Assembly (NCBI RefSeq): GCF_001194135.2
Contig: NC_068981.1
Coordinates: forward strand, 125,947,948-126,011,947
Length of the DNA: 64,000 bases
Direction of reading: 5' to 3'
Source of the DNA: Octopus bimaculoides
Taxonomy: Eukaryota
Position 1 is the first letter of the stretch, and every line of letters starts with the position of its first letter. Positions 12,948 to 26,435 of this stretch are shown one piece after another. Position numbers and translations under genes: made by a program. The notes beneath the pieces were generated by a model that was given only the letters and a program-made list of their open reading frames with translations, made no database searches and was not told where the DNA came from.

Positions 12948-13759
12948 TACTTCGCCAAGTAAATTATATAACCAAAATGAAACAAACCCATCTTTAGTTA
13001 AACAATACAAATCAAAACGTTATGATGCTTTTTTTATAATGAATATTCCTAAATATTTTTTATATATTCTTCCCAATGTATATGAATATTTTCTTTAATA
13101 TATTTATTTCAATACCTGAAAAATATAATGTTTAAAGTTTCTCTGGATTAATTGATTTTGCATTTAATCAATTTGCTTGTATCATTCTTCTCTAGTAACA
13201 TTTAATTTCAGATATGACAAACTTAAATCATTGAGTTACGATATCATAATAACATCTAGCTACATTAATATCTAGAGCCTCATTTTAAAGAAACTCTGTT
13301 TCAATATTTACAGCACTTTTTCAGTTTTTCCATTAATATTTATCTTAACTACAAATTGATCTGTTTTATTATTTTGGGGGTTTTGTTTATATATATATGT
13401 AATATCAATGTGTGTGTGTGTGTGTATCTATGTACATCAATATATTTGTGCATTCAATTATTCTTTTAACTGATACAAATATATATTTTTTCCTGTTGTA
13501 TGTATTCAATTTCATATCTATTCTTTTATACCAGTATGAAATGAGGCATGTTATTAAAGTGACACTAACAAATATTAGGCTCAAAACCTACTAGAAAATA
13601 TTTTTGCTAATTCATTCAAATATTAAATTTTACAGAACTGCCCTTTGTCTTGTCACCATGGTAACTGAAAAGAAAGATGTTTTTAAAAATATCTTCTGGG
13701 GTTTTGTTGATATAAAAAAAAACTATTCTAAATTCATATTTAACTTTTTTTATTTTCAG

Positions 13760-13892
13760 GTTTCTTTAAGTATGAATCATGAAAATGAAGAGCAATCTAC
13801 CTACCATACAAATACAACTCCTGAACGTCAAGAGATTGCACAGATGGTTAGATGCCGGATGGCTCATCTTAATCTTCCATTAAAAGATTATA
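13760..13892 (+). CDS. slo2: Slo2/KCNT (KCNT1/KCNT2-like) Na+-activated K+ channel, internal C-terminal exon (phase 0 to 1)
   Basis: Acceptor tattttcag| and donor A|gtaagt. Translates VSLSMNHENEEQSTYHTNTTPERQEIAQMVRCRMAHLNLPLKDY, matching the recalled human KCNT1 segment [23 protein letters not shown]. Confidence 0.92.
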
Positions 13893-14231
13893 GTAAGTAT
13901 TTTGTGATCTTGACAAGATTTTACAAGTAATATATTCTTTTTATTCCTATCTTTTTCTTTTTTAAACGAAATTCAAAAATTCAATTTTACACATTGTATC
14001 TTTGGAAATATTGATATTTTCAAAATATTTTTATTGAAATATGTAGCAAAATGGATATATTTTCTTGGTTTAAAAACTGATCGCTGTTTCTGCTTTATAC
14101 TTTGCAAATCATATTCAAAATGTATAAGAAAATATTACTTGGAACTTAGCAATGTTTTTTTTTTCATGAAAATAACACTGAAAAATTATTACTTTTGATT
14201 ATTTTTAATGAATGAATCTTGCTAGAAAATA

Positions 14232-14295
14232 AATTATGAAATTCTGTTTCTGATTAATAATCCTGGTTATTAATCAGAAACAGAATTTCATAATT
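14232..14295. repeat. Perfect 29-bp inverted repeat with a 6-nt loop
   Basis: AATTATGAAATTCTGTTTCTGATTAATAA-TCCTGG-TTATTAATCAGAAACAGAATTTCATAATT; the arms are exact reverse complements. Confidence 0.95.
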
Positions 14296-14637
14296 CATGG
14301 TTACTAATCTAATGTTAAAGAGATTTCAACATTTTTTACATTGTAGCTTTTTTATTTCATTTCTCTCTTCAGTCATTCTGTTGATTGTATCATCAGTTTA
14401 AAATAGTATACATTATCTATGTCATAAGAATTTGGAAATTTCAAGAGAACATAAAAAATTCATTTATAATTGTTGAACTCAGAAGTAGATAAAGCTATAA
14501 AGAAAAGTATGTAAGCACTAGGTTAAAAAAAAACCCTTTGGATAGAAAAAAAAGTATATATTATTTAATTGAGTAAAGAAGACCTTTGTTTATTGATTAG
14601 ATTATTGTTTGTTTTATAGCAATATGAACTGAAGTAA

Positions 14638-14850
14638 GAATGGCAAGCTCACAGAAACATTAGCATGCAGGACAAAATGCTTAGTAGTATTTTGTCTGTC
14701 TCTATGTTCTGAGTTCAAATTCTGCCAGGGTTGACTTCACCTTTCATTCTTTCGGAGTAGATAAAATAAGTACCAGTTAAACATTGGGGTCAATATAACC
14801 AACTAGCCTACTACCCCAAAATTGCTGGCCTTGTACCAAAATGTGAAACC
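14638..14850 (+). mobile_element. SINE family A
   Basis: Same diagnostic blocks as the other copies (aaaatgcttag, ttctgagttcaaattctgcc, ccttgtaccaaaa). Confidence 0.85.
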
Positions 14851-15868
14851 AGTATGAACTGAGGTAATGATAATAAAGTGGAACTTTCACTGTTCCTGTT
14901 GAAAATATAGACAGGTGAGAGGAAGTTCCACAGCACTTCAGTTCTGGGGAAAAGATTCTGGTACTGTACTTAGCACACTATTTACAAAATAGGATACAGT
15001 TGAGATGACAAGAGTGGTAGACATATAATTTTGAGTTTGGATGAGAGTTTTTCACAGCTTGATAGTTCAGATGAAGTAACATTCCTTTAGTAGGGCAGAA
15101 GCTACATCTTTGCCATGAGTGAAGATTTACTTATCAATTAAATTACCTCTTTTTGGATAACATATTGTGGTGTATGCATGCATGTTTGTAGCATCAACAT
15201 TGGTCTATTTATATAAGTGCCTTACTTGCACCTTGTAGAAAAACTGTTCAGAACAAAAACATTTTCTTTCCTTGAAGAGAAAATCGATCTTCATTGTACA
15301 TCTTTTATTATGTTAGGAAAGCTATGAAAAGATTTCAAAATCTGTGAGAGTTAACATTTATCAAGTGCAGGAAAATTTTATCTATGTGTTTATGAAGAAT
15401 ATAGCATTGTTAGTAAGTTTCCTTCATAAGTACTTCAATTATTTTGATGCTTCTGAGACATGTTCGTTTTTTGTAGAAATAAATGTTAGACTTTCTAAAA
15501 AAAATAGGATCGATCACAGTAAATAGGAAAATAATCCTCTCAAGAAAATAACAAAAACAATGGAGAAAGAGAGTACCAGACTTTACATGACAAAGTGTCT
15601 GGCCAGTGTAAGGAAGTATGTCTTTAGAAGAGATAGGTAATGGAGGAAGTAATCACTGTCATCTGCAAAGAGATACATTTCATGTAAAGGGATTGTGCAA
15701 ACAAATACAAATTTTATGGTAATTTTTTTAACATTTCTTTTTATCTATTCCTTATTAATCATTTTATTCTTTTCAGTAGAAATTGGTTTTCAAAGAAATT
15801 GACTGTCTTTTTTTTTTTTTTTTTTCCTTGTATTCTAAAACAAATGAATTTATATTATACCATTGTAG

Positions 15869-15953
15869 ATGATTGTGGTGAAAAGAAAAATTGCTTATCA
15901 TATGTTATCACTAACCCCAGTTATGACACAAAATTAGTTCTTGATGATATCAT
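15869..15953 (+). CDS. slo2: Slo2/KCNT exon (phase 1 to 2)
   Basis: Acceptor cattgtag| and donor AT|gtaagt, 85 nt. Spliced to the previous exon it reads NDCGEKKNCLSYVITNPSYDTKLVLDDI, matching recalled KCNT1 [21 protein letters not shown]. Confidence 0.93.
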
Positions 15954-17200
15954 GTAAGTATATTTAGATAATATTTTTTTTTTCCATTTTCTGATCTCAC
16001 TATAATATATTTGATGAGAGATTTAGCTTAGCACAGCTTCTGACCAACTTAGATATTTGCTATTAAACAGAAAACAGACAGCCAACGTGATAAATAAAAG
16101 TCTTCAGTAATTCTGCAACATTGGCACTTTCTGTTAAATCAGAAATTATGCAACTTCAATATTCAGTGTGAGCTTGTTTTTGGTAATCAATAACTCAGAA
16201 ATTGTTCCAAAGATATAGCTGTCATTTTTATGAATTTGTGATATCTTCAGTGAGCTTCTACAGATGTCTGGCTTGTTAGAGGACTACAGAAAGACTAATT
16301 AAGAGTTCAAACCATACTGGAAATATTGCGTTAGCTCCATAATGCAAAATAAATTATTCCTCTGCTACAGAATTGGGTGTTGTTGGGGAATTATTGTTGT
16401 TCTTATTGTTTATCCCCAAATCAGCTCTGATCAGGTAGACCTACAGCTATGATCATCCTACTTCTCGTTTCTTTTTTTTTCCATCATGAAACAGGTATCT
16501 TGTACTACAATATCCAAAATCTCTTTCTTTTTTAAGCCACTAGGGTGTAATTTAAATGAAATTTGGCTGCTATTTGTAACTGGCTGTGCAACCATATAGA
16601 AGCTCTCTTGTTTGGTCTTTAGTATGGGCAAGATCAGTCCCAAACGCAAGTAGTGTTTCTATTTTCAGTCATCTTGACTGCACCCATCCATCTCCAAACT
16701 ATACTCACAGGACAAGTTGAATTCAGTACACTACAACTTAACATAACACTGTTTAGAGGAGAGATTTTTTTCCCCTAGTCCCCTAGATGTATTATGTATT
16801 TTAAAAGTTAATTGGTTGAACTCAATACAGCACTGGTGACAACATATTAACCATTGAACACATAACTGGTTGTCTTTTAAACTTCAAAAGGTGAAAAGCA
16901 AAGTCATTTCTATAAAACATTATTCTCACAGAATGTGCATGCAAATCATAAAAGCTAATTTTTCAAACAAATTTTCTATTTTTTTAATTTTTATGCTATT
17001 GAATATTAATTAAATGATCAAGATGGTTTTCTTAATTACAAAAATATGTGGTATAAAATTCATGTATTAAATCTTTATCTGATTATGAAAAAGAAATAGC
17101 AATTTTATGTCAAAGTCTATAAATAACTATTGTTAAAAACTTATATAATTTTGTTTTGAAATATTTTTAATTGATGTATGTTTTTTTTTTTCTTTTTTAG

Positions 17201-17435
17201 ATATCTTATTCGACCGAGTTCATTGTCCCCTCACCCCTCGCCACTGGTAGATGAACGCAAACTGTTGAAGAAAAATCAAATAGTAAAAGATTCTAAGCTA
17301 CACAGCCTCAGTGAAAGAGGTGAGCCAACAGGGGCAGACAACTCAGATACCGATGAGAATTCAGACAACAAACTAGGGCCTTTCCCTCATTTCAGGAGAA
17401 CAAGGATTTCAACCATACTGGAAGACAACAGTAGG
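17201..17435 (+). CDS. slo2: Slo2/KCNT exon (phase 2 start); 3' boundary uncertain (17319, 17435, or read-through to the stop at 17546)
   Basis: Strong poly-T acceptor ending tcttttttag|. Continues in frame as IYLIRPSSLSPHP..., matching KCNT1 VYLIRSDP. Candidate donors are AG|gtgagc after 17319 (phase 1) and AGG|gtaaat after 17435 (phase 0). Confidence 0.85.
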
Positions 17436-20085
17436 GTAAATTCTCTAGAAAAACCATTTGAAACTTTCCTGTATTGTATGTTGACTGAATCCAAGTATAA
17501 TACAGTGATGGCAGTTTTTCTAGCTACACAATTAGCAATATTATAAAGTCTGTTACATTTTCTTATAAAGATTACCAGAAGTAAATATTACTGAAGTCCT
17601 TTCTAGCTAGTAGTGATTAAGAAATATTTTTAAAATAATATATTGAGGGACTTGCATGAGTATACTTAAGTATATATAAGTTGCATATGCTTCTGAAAGA
17701 TTTCAAGTTAAATCAATGAAATAACATTAAAGCTGAAATACCAAGTAGTCTTAGCACTATTACACTGGTAGAGCAGCAAGGATAGATGAAATCTATTGAC
17801 CTTTACTGTAATAGAATGGTACCCCCAATCAAAACAGGGTGCAACTGATAGTATGGTATTAGACTGTGCACATGCTGTACAATATGTAAATAGTATGTGA
17901 TTTCTATAGAACTTGCACATCTTAGCCTACACAGAAGTTGATAAATCACCTCTAACTTTCAAAATAACAAGATGTATATGTGTATGTATGTTTGAAATTT
18001 ATGTATCTATATGTTTTTGTATATGTGTGTATATATAGATATATGCGTGTGTGTGTGTGTATGTACATATATACATATGTATGTATGTGTGTACATACAC
18101 ATGTATGCATATATATTCATTGTTATCTTTTTGACATCTACTTTTCCACACTTGCATGCACCAGACATAGTTTATTGAGACAGACTCTTTACAGCTGGTT
18201 AACATTTCTACCACCTACCCTCACCTGTTTCCAAGCAAGGTAAACTTTCCCCATGGCCAGACATATTTTCACAGAAAACTTGTATGAAAGTGGCACTTGT
18301 ATGAAAGTGGCACTCATTTACAACTGTCATGCTATGTCAAAACAAGGAAACACAAAAACACACTCACACCCACACACATGTATATGCTTGTATGTGAGTG
18401 TGTGTATATCTTGCTTTAGGGGAGATATGTGACTACCTTGCATCATAAATGAGTGAATGGGCTGGAAAGAAGACAATAATCGTAGTGATTGTATCAGACC
18501 ACATTCTCAAGATACAAGATGTGTATAAGGGAGAATACAGACAAAGCATTGGGAAGGGTGAGTAGATAAGTTCATTAGAGTGTGCGGAGAGTGTGACAGA
18601 TAGTTAGAGATGAGTGTAGAGAGGGATGCAGGGAACGTGACACAGGTGAAGGTGTGGTCAGTGGTGAATATTAGTGTTATGGAGAAGGTGAAAGAATGGA
18701 AATGGCTCAGGAAGAAGGAGGTAATAAGTGACAATACAGAAAGGAATGAAAGCAGCTATATAAGAAACCTGTTGATAAATCAGAAAATATGGAGGCAATA
18801 TGGAGGGTGGGAGAGCAGAATCTTTTTCAAATCAAACTCTGCTGCCTTGAATAAAGAAAGAAATAACACATTGAATTCTATGCCTGGAAAAGAGAAAATT
18901 GTCAAGATTAGAATGTATTTGATCATAAGTCCACATGTTCAGTACTGACCTTGAGCTAAACAACAACCTCATGAGTCTCTGTTTCATCACACAGCCTGAG
19001 ACTGTAGATCACATTCTCTATCAAAACATATTTCTGTATAAATTTATTGAATTTGGATATAATATTGATTTTAATATAAATATCTTTATACATATAGTAA
19101 TTTAATAGTTAAACAGATAAGCACTTTTTAACTATTGGATGGTAAAATGAAACTGAGTTTAAAATATGGATTATTGATAATATCTTTATAAGTTAAACTC
19201 TTACTACAGTTATTGTAGTGTGACATTGAGCAAGAGATATGATTCTGCTTGCTCCAGTTGCCCTGGCTGATAAAACACAGGTTCAAATCAATTCAGAAGG
19301 GCATCTAGCTTTAGAAGCAATTTACTTCAGCACAAAATAAATCAGCCTGCCCACATTAGCATAGAAAAACTGATGTAAAACAAAGGAAATAAATAAAATA
19401 ATAGTAAACAAGGCTACACACACATCAGCAAGTATCATTACCATAAAAAAATGGATGTAAAACAAAAGAAATAAAACCTATAAGCTACACTCACACACAG
19501 ACACACACACACACATGCATGCATGCAAAGTTGTATTACAAAACAACTCACTATAGAATATCAAAAAAATATGTAGAAAACTCTAAAAATATAATTTAGC
19601 AGATAAATATAGGATGAATTAAAAGTTTTCATATACGTTAAAGAAGTTTTAGTATTATACATTTACAAAAATAATATTAATTGAAGGAACATCAAAACCT
19701 GTAACTCATCAATAAGATTTTAATTACAACTGTAGGTTTTTAGATTATCAATTTCATCTTTGATATTTATTTTTCTGACATTCTCTTTCATTTGTCTTTC
19801 ACTTGTTTCAGTCATTGGACTGAAGCCATATTGGGTTTAGTTGAACAAATTATCCCCAGTTACTCATTTGTTTAAGTCTGGTACTTATTCTACCAGTCTC
19901 TTTTACTGAATTTTCATGTTACTGGTCATCAATCAGTGTTGAGAAACAAACACAAAGACAAGCAAACATATGTATATCATTATTTTTATTATTTAAAACA
20001 ATTTGATTCAGCCCCATGCGACTTAAAGTTTCATAAGCTTCTTACAGAAACCTAGCTCATTGGGCTATTGTTCTCTCACCTGTGT

Positions 20086-20120
<35 letters not shown>

Positions 20121-20123
<3 letters not shown>

Positions 20124-21450
20124 GGTGTTCCAGAAGTCTTGAGCACATTTTGACATTGACTATCTTGAAAATTATTAAGGACATAAAAACGCATCTGATA
20201 TATTCTGAAAGCTTGCAATTTCAAGTTTTTTTATGGAATGTTCAAAGATGTTCAATGTGAGTACTGTAGGTCATATGGCACACATCAAGCCAATAGTCCA
20301 ATTCTTGCCAAACGCGTTCCAGCATTGCATTGTCGATGGTTGCAACAGCTTCCATTATTCAGGCCTTCAGTTCATCCACGTCTTTTGGAAGGGGAGGCAT
20401 ATAGACCAGTCCTTTCACAAACCCCCACAAAAACAAATCGCCAGGTGTGAGATCTGGAGACCTGGGAGGCCAGGGCAAGAGAACACGATCATCTCGCCCA
20501 AACTGTCCAATCCATCTATCTGGCAGTGTTGTGTTCAGATATTGTCTAACCCTGAGGCTCCAGTCTGGTAGCACCACATCCTGTTGGAAAATGAAGTCAT
20601 CAGACTCTTCCTCACTCAACTTATCCATTAACCAGTTTTCCAGCATGTCGAGATATATGTCACCATTGACTGTTGCTCCTTCAAAGAAGAATGGTCCATA
20701 GACAGCTTTCTTGGACATAGCCCAAAACACGTTCATCTTCAGGAAATCTCACTGATACCCAAGAAGTTCATGTGGGTTTTCAGTACCCTATATGCGAGTG
20801 TTATGCTTGTTAACTTTGCTATTTACATGGAAGGTTGCCTCATTGCTAAAAACAAGCCAGTCATCAAATCCTTCATCTTCCAACTTCTCTTGCATTGCAA
20901 TGCAAAAGTCACAATGAGCTGGTTTATCAGTGTTCTGCAACTGTTGGACCAACTGTAGCTTGTAAGGTGTCATCTGCAGTCGTCTTTTTAAGATACACCA
21001 AACAGTTGTAGGAAGCTGAAGTTTCCTACTGGCTCTTCTGATCGATTTATGGGGGCTCTGCTCAAAGGCAGTTCGAACTCACTCAACCGTATCATCTGAA
21101 GTTGAGGGGACGTCCCATTCTCTTAGCTGGGCACAAACACCCATCCTTCATGAATTTACCATGCCATCTCAATATGGCCTTCCTTTCTGGTGCCTCTTTT
21201 CGGAATTTTGTGTGAAATGTATGTTGAGCAAGTGTCCATGATTCAGTTTTTGCAAATTCAAGGACGCAAAACGCCTTTTCTGGTTGAGTGAATGCCATTA
21301 CTGGATCTGAAAAAGTATGAAAAAATCATTAGCATTACAAAAAAACTTTATGAATTTAGCTTTAAAATGGTACCAGTTTCATCTGACTACCAATCATAGT
21401 CCAGCAGATATGAGGACTTGAAATGTGCCCAAGACTTCTGGAACACCCTG
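20121..21450 (-). mobile_element. Full-length 1330-bp Tc1/mariner element of rosa/Visitor (DD41D-related) type
   Basis: 30-bp TIRs with 29/30 identity (CAGGGTGTTCCAGAAGTCTTGRGCACATTT), inserted into a (TA)n run. Confidence 0.97.
20242..21298 (-). pseudogene. Disrupted transposase of the 20121-21450 element
   Basis: N-terminal EKAFCVLEFAKTES HTH-type start, then FSNEATF (first D appears as N), FQQD, WPPRSPDLTPGDLFLWG and C-terminal HIEHL*. Broken by a frameshift and stop codons. Confidence 0.9.
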
Positions 21451-21460
21451 TATATATATA

Positions 21461-21620
21461 GCAAGTTTCTTTCTACCAAATTCACTCATAAGGTTTTGGC
21501 TTTTGGTCAGCTTGGGGTTGTAGTAGAAGATACTTTTCCAAGGTGCAACACAGTGGGACTGAACCTGAAACCATATGGTTGAGAAGCAAACTGCTTACCA
21601 CACAGCCACACCTGTGCCTG
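21461..21620 (-). mobile_element. SINE family B, 5' half, adjacent to the mariner right TIR
   Basis: Reverse complement of the family B head (...cttaccacacagccacacctgtgcctg). Confidence 0.8.
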
Positions 21621-23924
21621 TATATAGATTGATTTAATCTCTGATCCTCATCAAGTTCTTTATATTTATTTAGACATATATCTCAGTGTTGCTGCTGAAC
21701 TCAGAACTGTTCAAACCCTTTTAATTCTGTAGAAATGAAGGAAATATTGATGCAATTTCAGGATATTTCAGTCTAATCCAGTAATAGCATTCATATATGT
21801 TGCAGTTATAACCAGACTTACTACTTGTACTATCACTAATGTTTTCATTTAAACCATTGTTCTATTTAGCTTTCATGTGAGAAACGTCATTCATATAAGT
21901 ATATTTAAATTTAACAATTTGTATATACATAAAATTAAGACTAAATAAGTGGGGAAAATTATATAGATTAATTCAGTGTATAGATTACTTCATGAAATTC
22001 AACTATATGTTGAATTTCATATTTAATAATTGTATTTGAAAAATAAAATATTTTATTTACTTTAATTCAACATACTACAGGAATTAGAACTAAAAGAATT
22101 TCATTGAAATTGGGGAAAGGGTTTTGTCTTAACAATTCAGCTTTGTTTGTAATACACTATCATTTAAAATTAAGTGATAGTTGAAATTAAATTGACATTG
22201 TAGAGAATGGCAAACCTACACATAAGCACACACACACACACACACACATATAATGTTAATAAGATATGATAGGATTTGAAGTTAATAATTTCATGAACCA
22301 CAAAGGTCTCTTGGGGTAGTGTTTATGTTTCAAGATGAGAGCATTATTTCCTGCTGTATAGATCATTGTCTATAGCAAGTATTTTTTCAAAGCTTTGGTA
22401 TCTGTTCCCCCATATCAAGCTGAAAGAAGACATATAGAGTAAAATATTCTACCTAATTTCACAATAAAAATATCTATAGTAGATTTGAACTTATGCTTCA
22501 GGAGATAGCTGTCTAATATCTTATTATCCATGTAAATTCACTTCTGCATGACTGAAAAATAAAAGATTTCAAATGTGTGCAGACAATAATAGTTACACAT
22601 CAGTATATGTTATAATATATATACGGATAAATAAATATTGATAAATATATACAAATATTTATGTCTGTACATACGCACAACTTATACAAACATCTATGGG
22701 TGTATACAAATGTTTGTTTTTAGGTCAAACTAAAAATAAAAACAATTTAACATTAAGAATAATTACTCAATATTGTTAAGTGGAGCACATGTTTTATTAA
22801 ATTTTTATAAGAATTCGGGTGACTGTGACTTCAAATTTTTGGCTGGCTCACCTTCATATTTGGTACCTACATCATAATTTAATGATAATAGGCAGAAACT
22901 GGGACACAGTAATTTCCAGTAGAGTTTCATCATAGCTGGCAAAGCAATAGACAACCCTATATATATTATAATCTGATTATAATCATAGTGTGCCTTTTGT
23001 TATCATAAAAGAAAAATATTTAGCTTCAAAAGAGATAACTGTGAAGAATTAGATTTGTACAATATTTTCCACTTTTAACATTCATTATCAATTATATAAT
23101 AAGCTACACCTCTAGAATATACTTCCTGGTGGAAGTTAAACTGTCTTGAGTATTTTCTGTCATGCTCATTTTCGTATTTTGTGAATAGTTTTGACAAATA
23201 TTATGTTGTTTTATTCATTATGTCATTGAGATTTTTATATGGTTTATTGATTTGATGTTCTTTGTATTTCTTATTTATTTAGTTTCATAGTTTTGAATTA
23301 TTTTTATGTTTAATAGATTATATGATATTGTTGAATCTTCTCAGAACAATTTTGATCATTTATAACAAAATGCCATTATTTATATATATATANNNNNNNN
23401 NNNNNNNNNNNNNNNNNNNNNNNNNNNNNNNNNNNNNNNNNNNNNNNNNNNNNNNNNNNNNNNNNNNNNNNNNNNNNNNNNNNNNNNNNNNNNNNNNNNN
23501 NNNNNNNNNNNNNNNNNNNNNNNNNNNNNNNNNNNNNNNNNNNNNNNNNNNNNNNNNNNNNNNNNNNNNNNNNNNNNNNNNNNNNNNNNNNNNNNNNNNN
23601 NNNNNNNNNNNNNNNNNNNNNNNNNNNNNNNNNNNNNNNNNNNNNNNNNNNNNNNNNNNNNNNNNNNNNNNNNNNNNNNNNNNNNNNNNNNNNNNNNNNN
23701 NNNNNNNNNNNNNNNNNNNNNNNNNNNNNNNNNNNNNNNNNNNNNNNNNNNNNNNNNNNNNNNNNNNNNNNNNNNNNNNNNNNNNNNNNNNNNNNNNNNN
23801 NNNNNNNNNNNNNNNNNNNNNNNNNNNNNNNNNNNNNNNNNNNNNNNNNNNNNNNNNNNNNNNNNNNNNNNNNNNNNNNNNNNNNNNNNNNNNNNNNNNN
23901 NNNNNNNNNNNNNNNNNNNNNNNN

Positions 23925-23925
<1 letters not shown>

Positions 23926-23995
<70 letters not shown>

Positions 23996-24058
23996 AATAT
24001 GTATATATATATATACATACATACATACATACATACATACATACATACATACACACAC
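23926..24058. repeat. Compound (CA)n/(TA)n/(TACA)n microsatellite beside an N gap
   Basis: Directly visible. Similar arrays occur at about 28390, 32150, 40086 and 59690. Confidence 0.95.
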
Positions 24059-24700
24059 ATCACTACAGTCACATATATATTCTTTGCCTTAATACCAGTT
24101 TCTATTTTTGTTATCATATTTTTCCTTTTTGTTTCTGTGAAGACAATTCCAGTAACTGATAAGAATTATAAAATGGATGGTGTTAAGTAATTGGTTTACA
24201 ATTAAATTTAACCATCTGGCAGAGACGGCAAAACAAACTAAATAAAAATATCCATGTTCACTATGTGCACATGTATTGATATTATTGTACTTTGCCTGTG
24301 TTCTTTAACACTATTTAATTTCATTACAATAAAATACCAAGTACTTATTAATATCTGTGTGCAACACAGCATAAATACATATCAGTGGCTCATGATTCTA
24401 TCCAACAATACTGTCTAACTTTGGTTTGGTTCTTAAAATTTATCACTGTTAATAATGATTATCTATAAAATGCATATGGTTTAAGTCATCGAAAGAAATC
24501 TATAGAGACATAACAATATCCTGCTTCAATGCAGAATCTCAGATTAAATATGGTGCAAGATAAACACAAAGAAGTTATATGTTATTCTTTTATGAACACT
24601 GTCACTTCAGATTTCCAATGGCTTTAATAGGAAGTAGTGTCATTCATTCAGCCACTTACACTATTTCTTTGCTGCATCATTTTATTTGTGTGTGTGTGCA

Positions 24701-24735
<35 letters not shown>

Positions 24736-26435
24736 GATAGAGAGATCAAGTGGACCCCAAAGAGGCTGGTGTTGATCTGTGTCAGCAAGACATGTAGTAA
24801 AATTGATGAGTACAGGGAATTTGCCATAAGGAATGGAAAATCCAATGTTTCAGACAATATCCTTCTTAAAAGAAAAGTTGAGAGACAGCATAGTTTTATA
24901 TCCTCCAAGTTAAAAAAAAGAACTGGCTGCAACTTATAACGAATGCATGATCACACAAATTTCATATGTGAATAAGAAGTGGTAGGCAAAACAGCATGAG
25001 AAGGAAGAAAGCGTAATGGAATGAGGAGAAGTAGGCAAAGTTGAGAGTGAAATGATAAAAGAAGAGTTGAAGATTAAGAAAAGGTTTAATGAACTCCTAG
25101 GTGTAGGGAAAATGTTCATTTAAACTTGTCAGTGACAGGTCAAATATGAAACATTGTTTCCTCTATTTCCTTGAGAATGTGAAATCCATGGTTTACAATA
25201 ATACCACACACTGATAAGTGAGTGATGGAATGGCCTGTAGTTTTGAAATGGATGGTAATAGGTTGGCCTAGCATACATAGTATTATGCTTTGGATATGCT
25301 CCCAAAAGCAATCAGCAATGTAAAGGGCACCACAAAGTTTGCATATGGTGCAATATACATAAAGTATAGTAGAAAATATTTGCTCAAGGTGCCATACAGT
25401 GGAACGGAACCTGGAAACACAGCTGAAAAGCAAACTTCTTACCACAAGCACTTCCCATTAATCCAGCAGAACTTTTTGATTAGTTAGAATGATTAATATC
25501 TTGAAGTTTAAATAGCAAGGCAATTCTCAGAACATTAATGCAAAATTGTCTGAAGAAGTATGCATGTTGAATTAATGGACTCCCCTAGAGCCATGTATAT
25601 TATAAATAATATTTTATAATATCCTATGAATGTGATCAAGGAGTCCCATAAAAATACACTTCATGCTGAAACATATGTAGTAATACATTAATAAAAATAT
25701 AAAAATCTCTGTTCATGAAATATTTCTCATTATTTATATATTTATCATAAACTACATGGAATACCACATACATAACAATCCCATACAGTTAACTTGGCAG
25801 GCTGGGAGTAATATATGGTAGCCAGTAACAAGTAGCATAGGAGCTTTTATGAGTGCACTGGTAGGTATTTGCCATATACAATATGCAAGGATATATATAT
25901 ATAATAAAACATGAGAGATTGTTTTTAAGATATTTATTTGTTCCATTTAACATATATTACATTTACTAAAGGTGATTATTAATTACATAATACAAGTTAC
26001 ATTATCAAAATGTATAGTCAAATCGTCAGAAATGTATAACTTTTATGTGTAACATTATTGGATATGGATATAATTATGTATATGTGAGTGTGTGTGATGT
26101 AGACTGAGATCCCCATTGGCTAACCCTTGATATTTAAAATGGAGTGTTAACACTTACAGTTTGCAAATTAGTAGCTCCAATTTTCTGTAGCTACTGTAAA
26201 CATACTGACTGCTTGTTTCCCTGGGCTTGGTCAAATTCATGTAGATGCCTTTGATGAGAATCCAATAAGATTCAAAAATTGATTAAGATTGTTCATGACT
26301 TCTTCCAATCTGTGGAGAATCAGCTAAATTTGCTCTGTTTATAGTACATATGTATATAGTACATATATACATGTATATAGTACATATGTACTATATACAC
26401 ATATATACATGTAATATACATGTACTTGCATACAT

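Noticed and set aside
1-13759. Search for the upstream KCNT exon (WIRTYGRL...IPIGIYRT)
   Set aside because: No matching codons were found by eye; the exon is probably upstream of the window.
18279-18315. 17-bp direct duplication (cttgtatgaaagtggca x2)
   Set aside because: A local slippage duplication inside a SINE copy; two units with no spacer, so not CRISPR-like.
26191-26282. Phase-1 acceptor followed by a 30-codon frame ending in a stop (possible alternative last exon)
   Set aside because: There is only an acceptor and a short open frame, which is expected by chance in 35 kb; no motif or homology.
26372-26399. 28-bp perfect palindrome TGTATATAGTACATATGTACTATATACA
   Set aside because: Embedded in a degenerate (TA/CA) low-complexity array where such palindromes arise readily.
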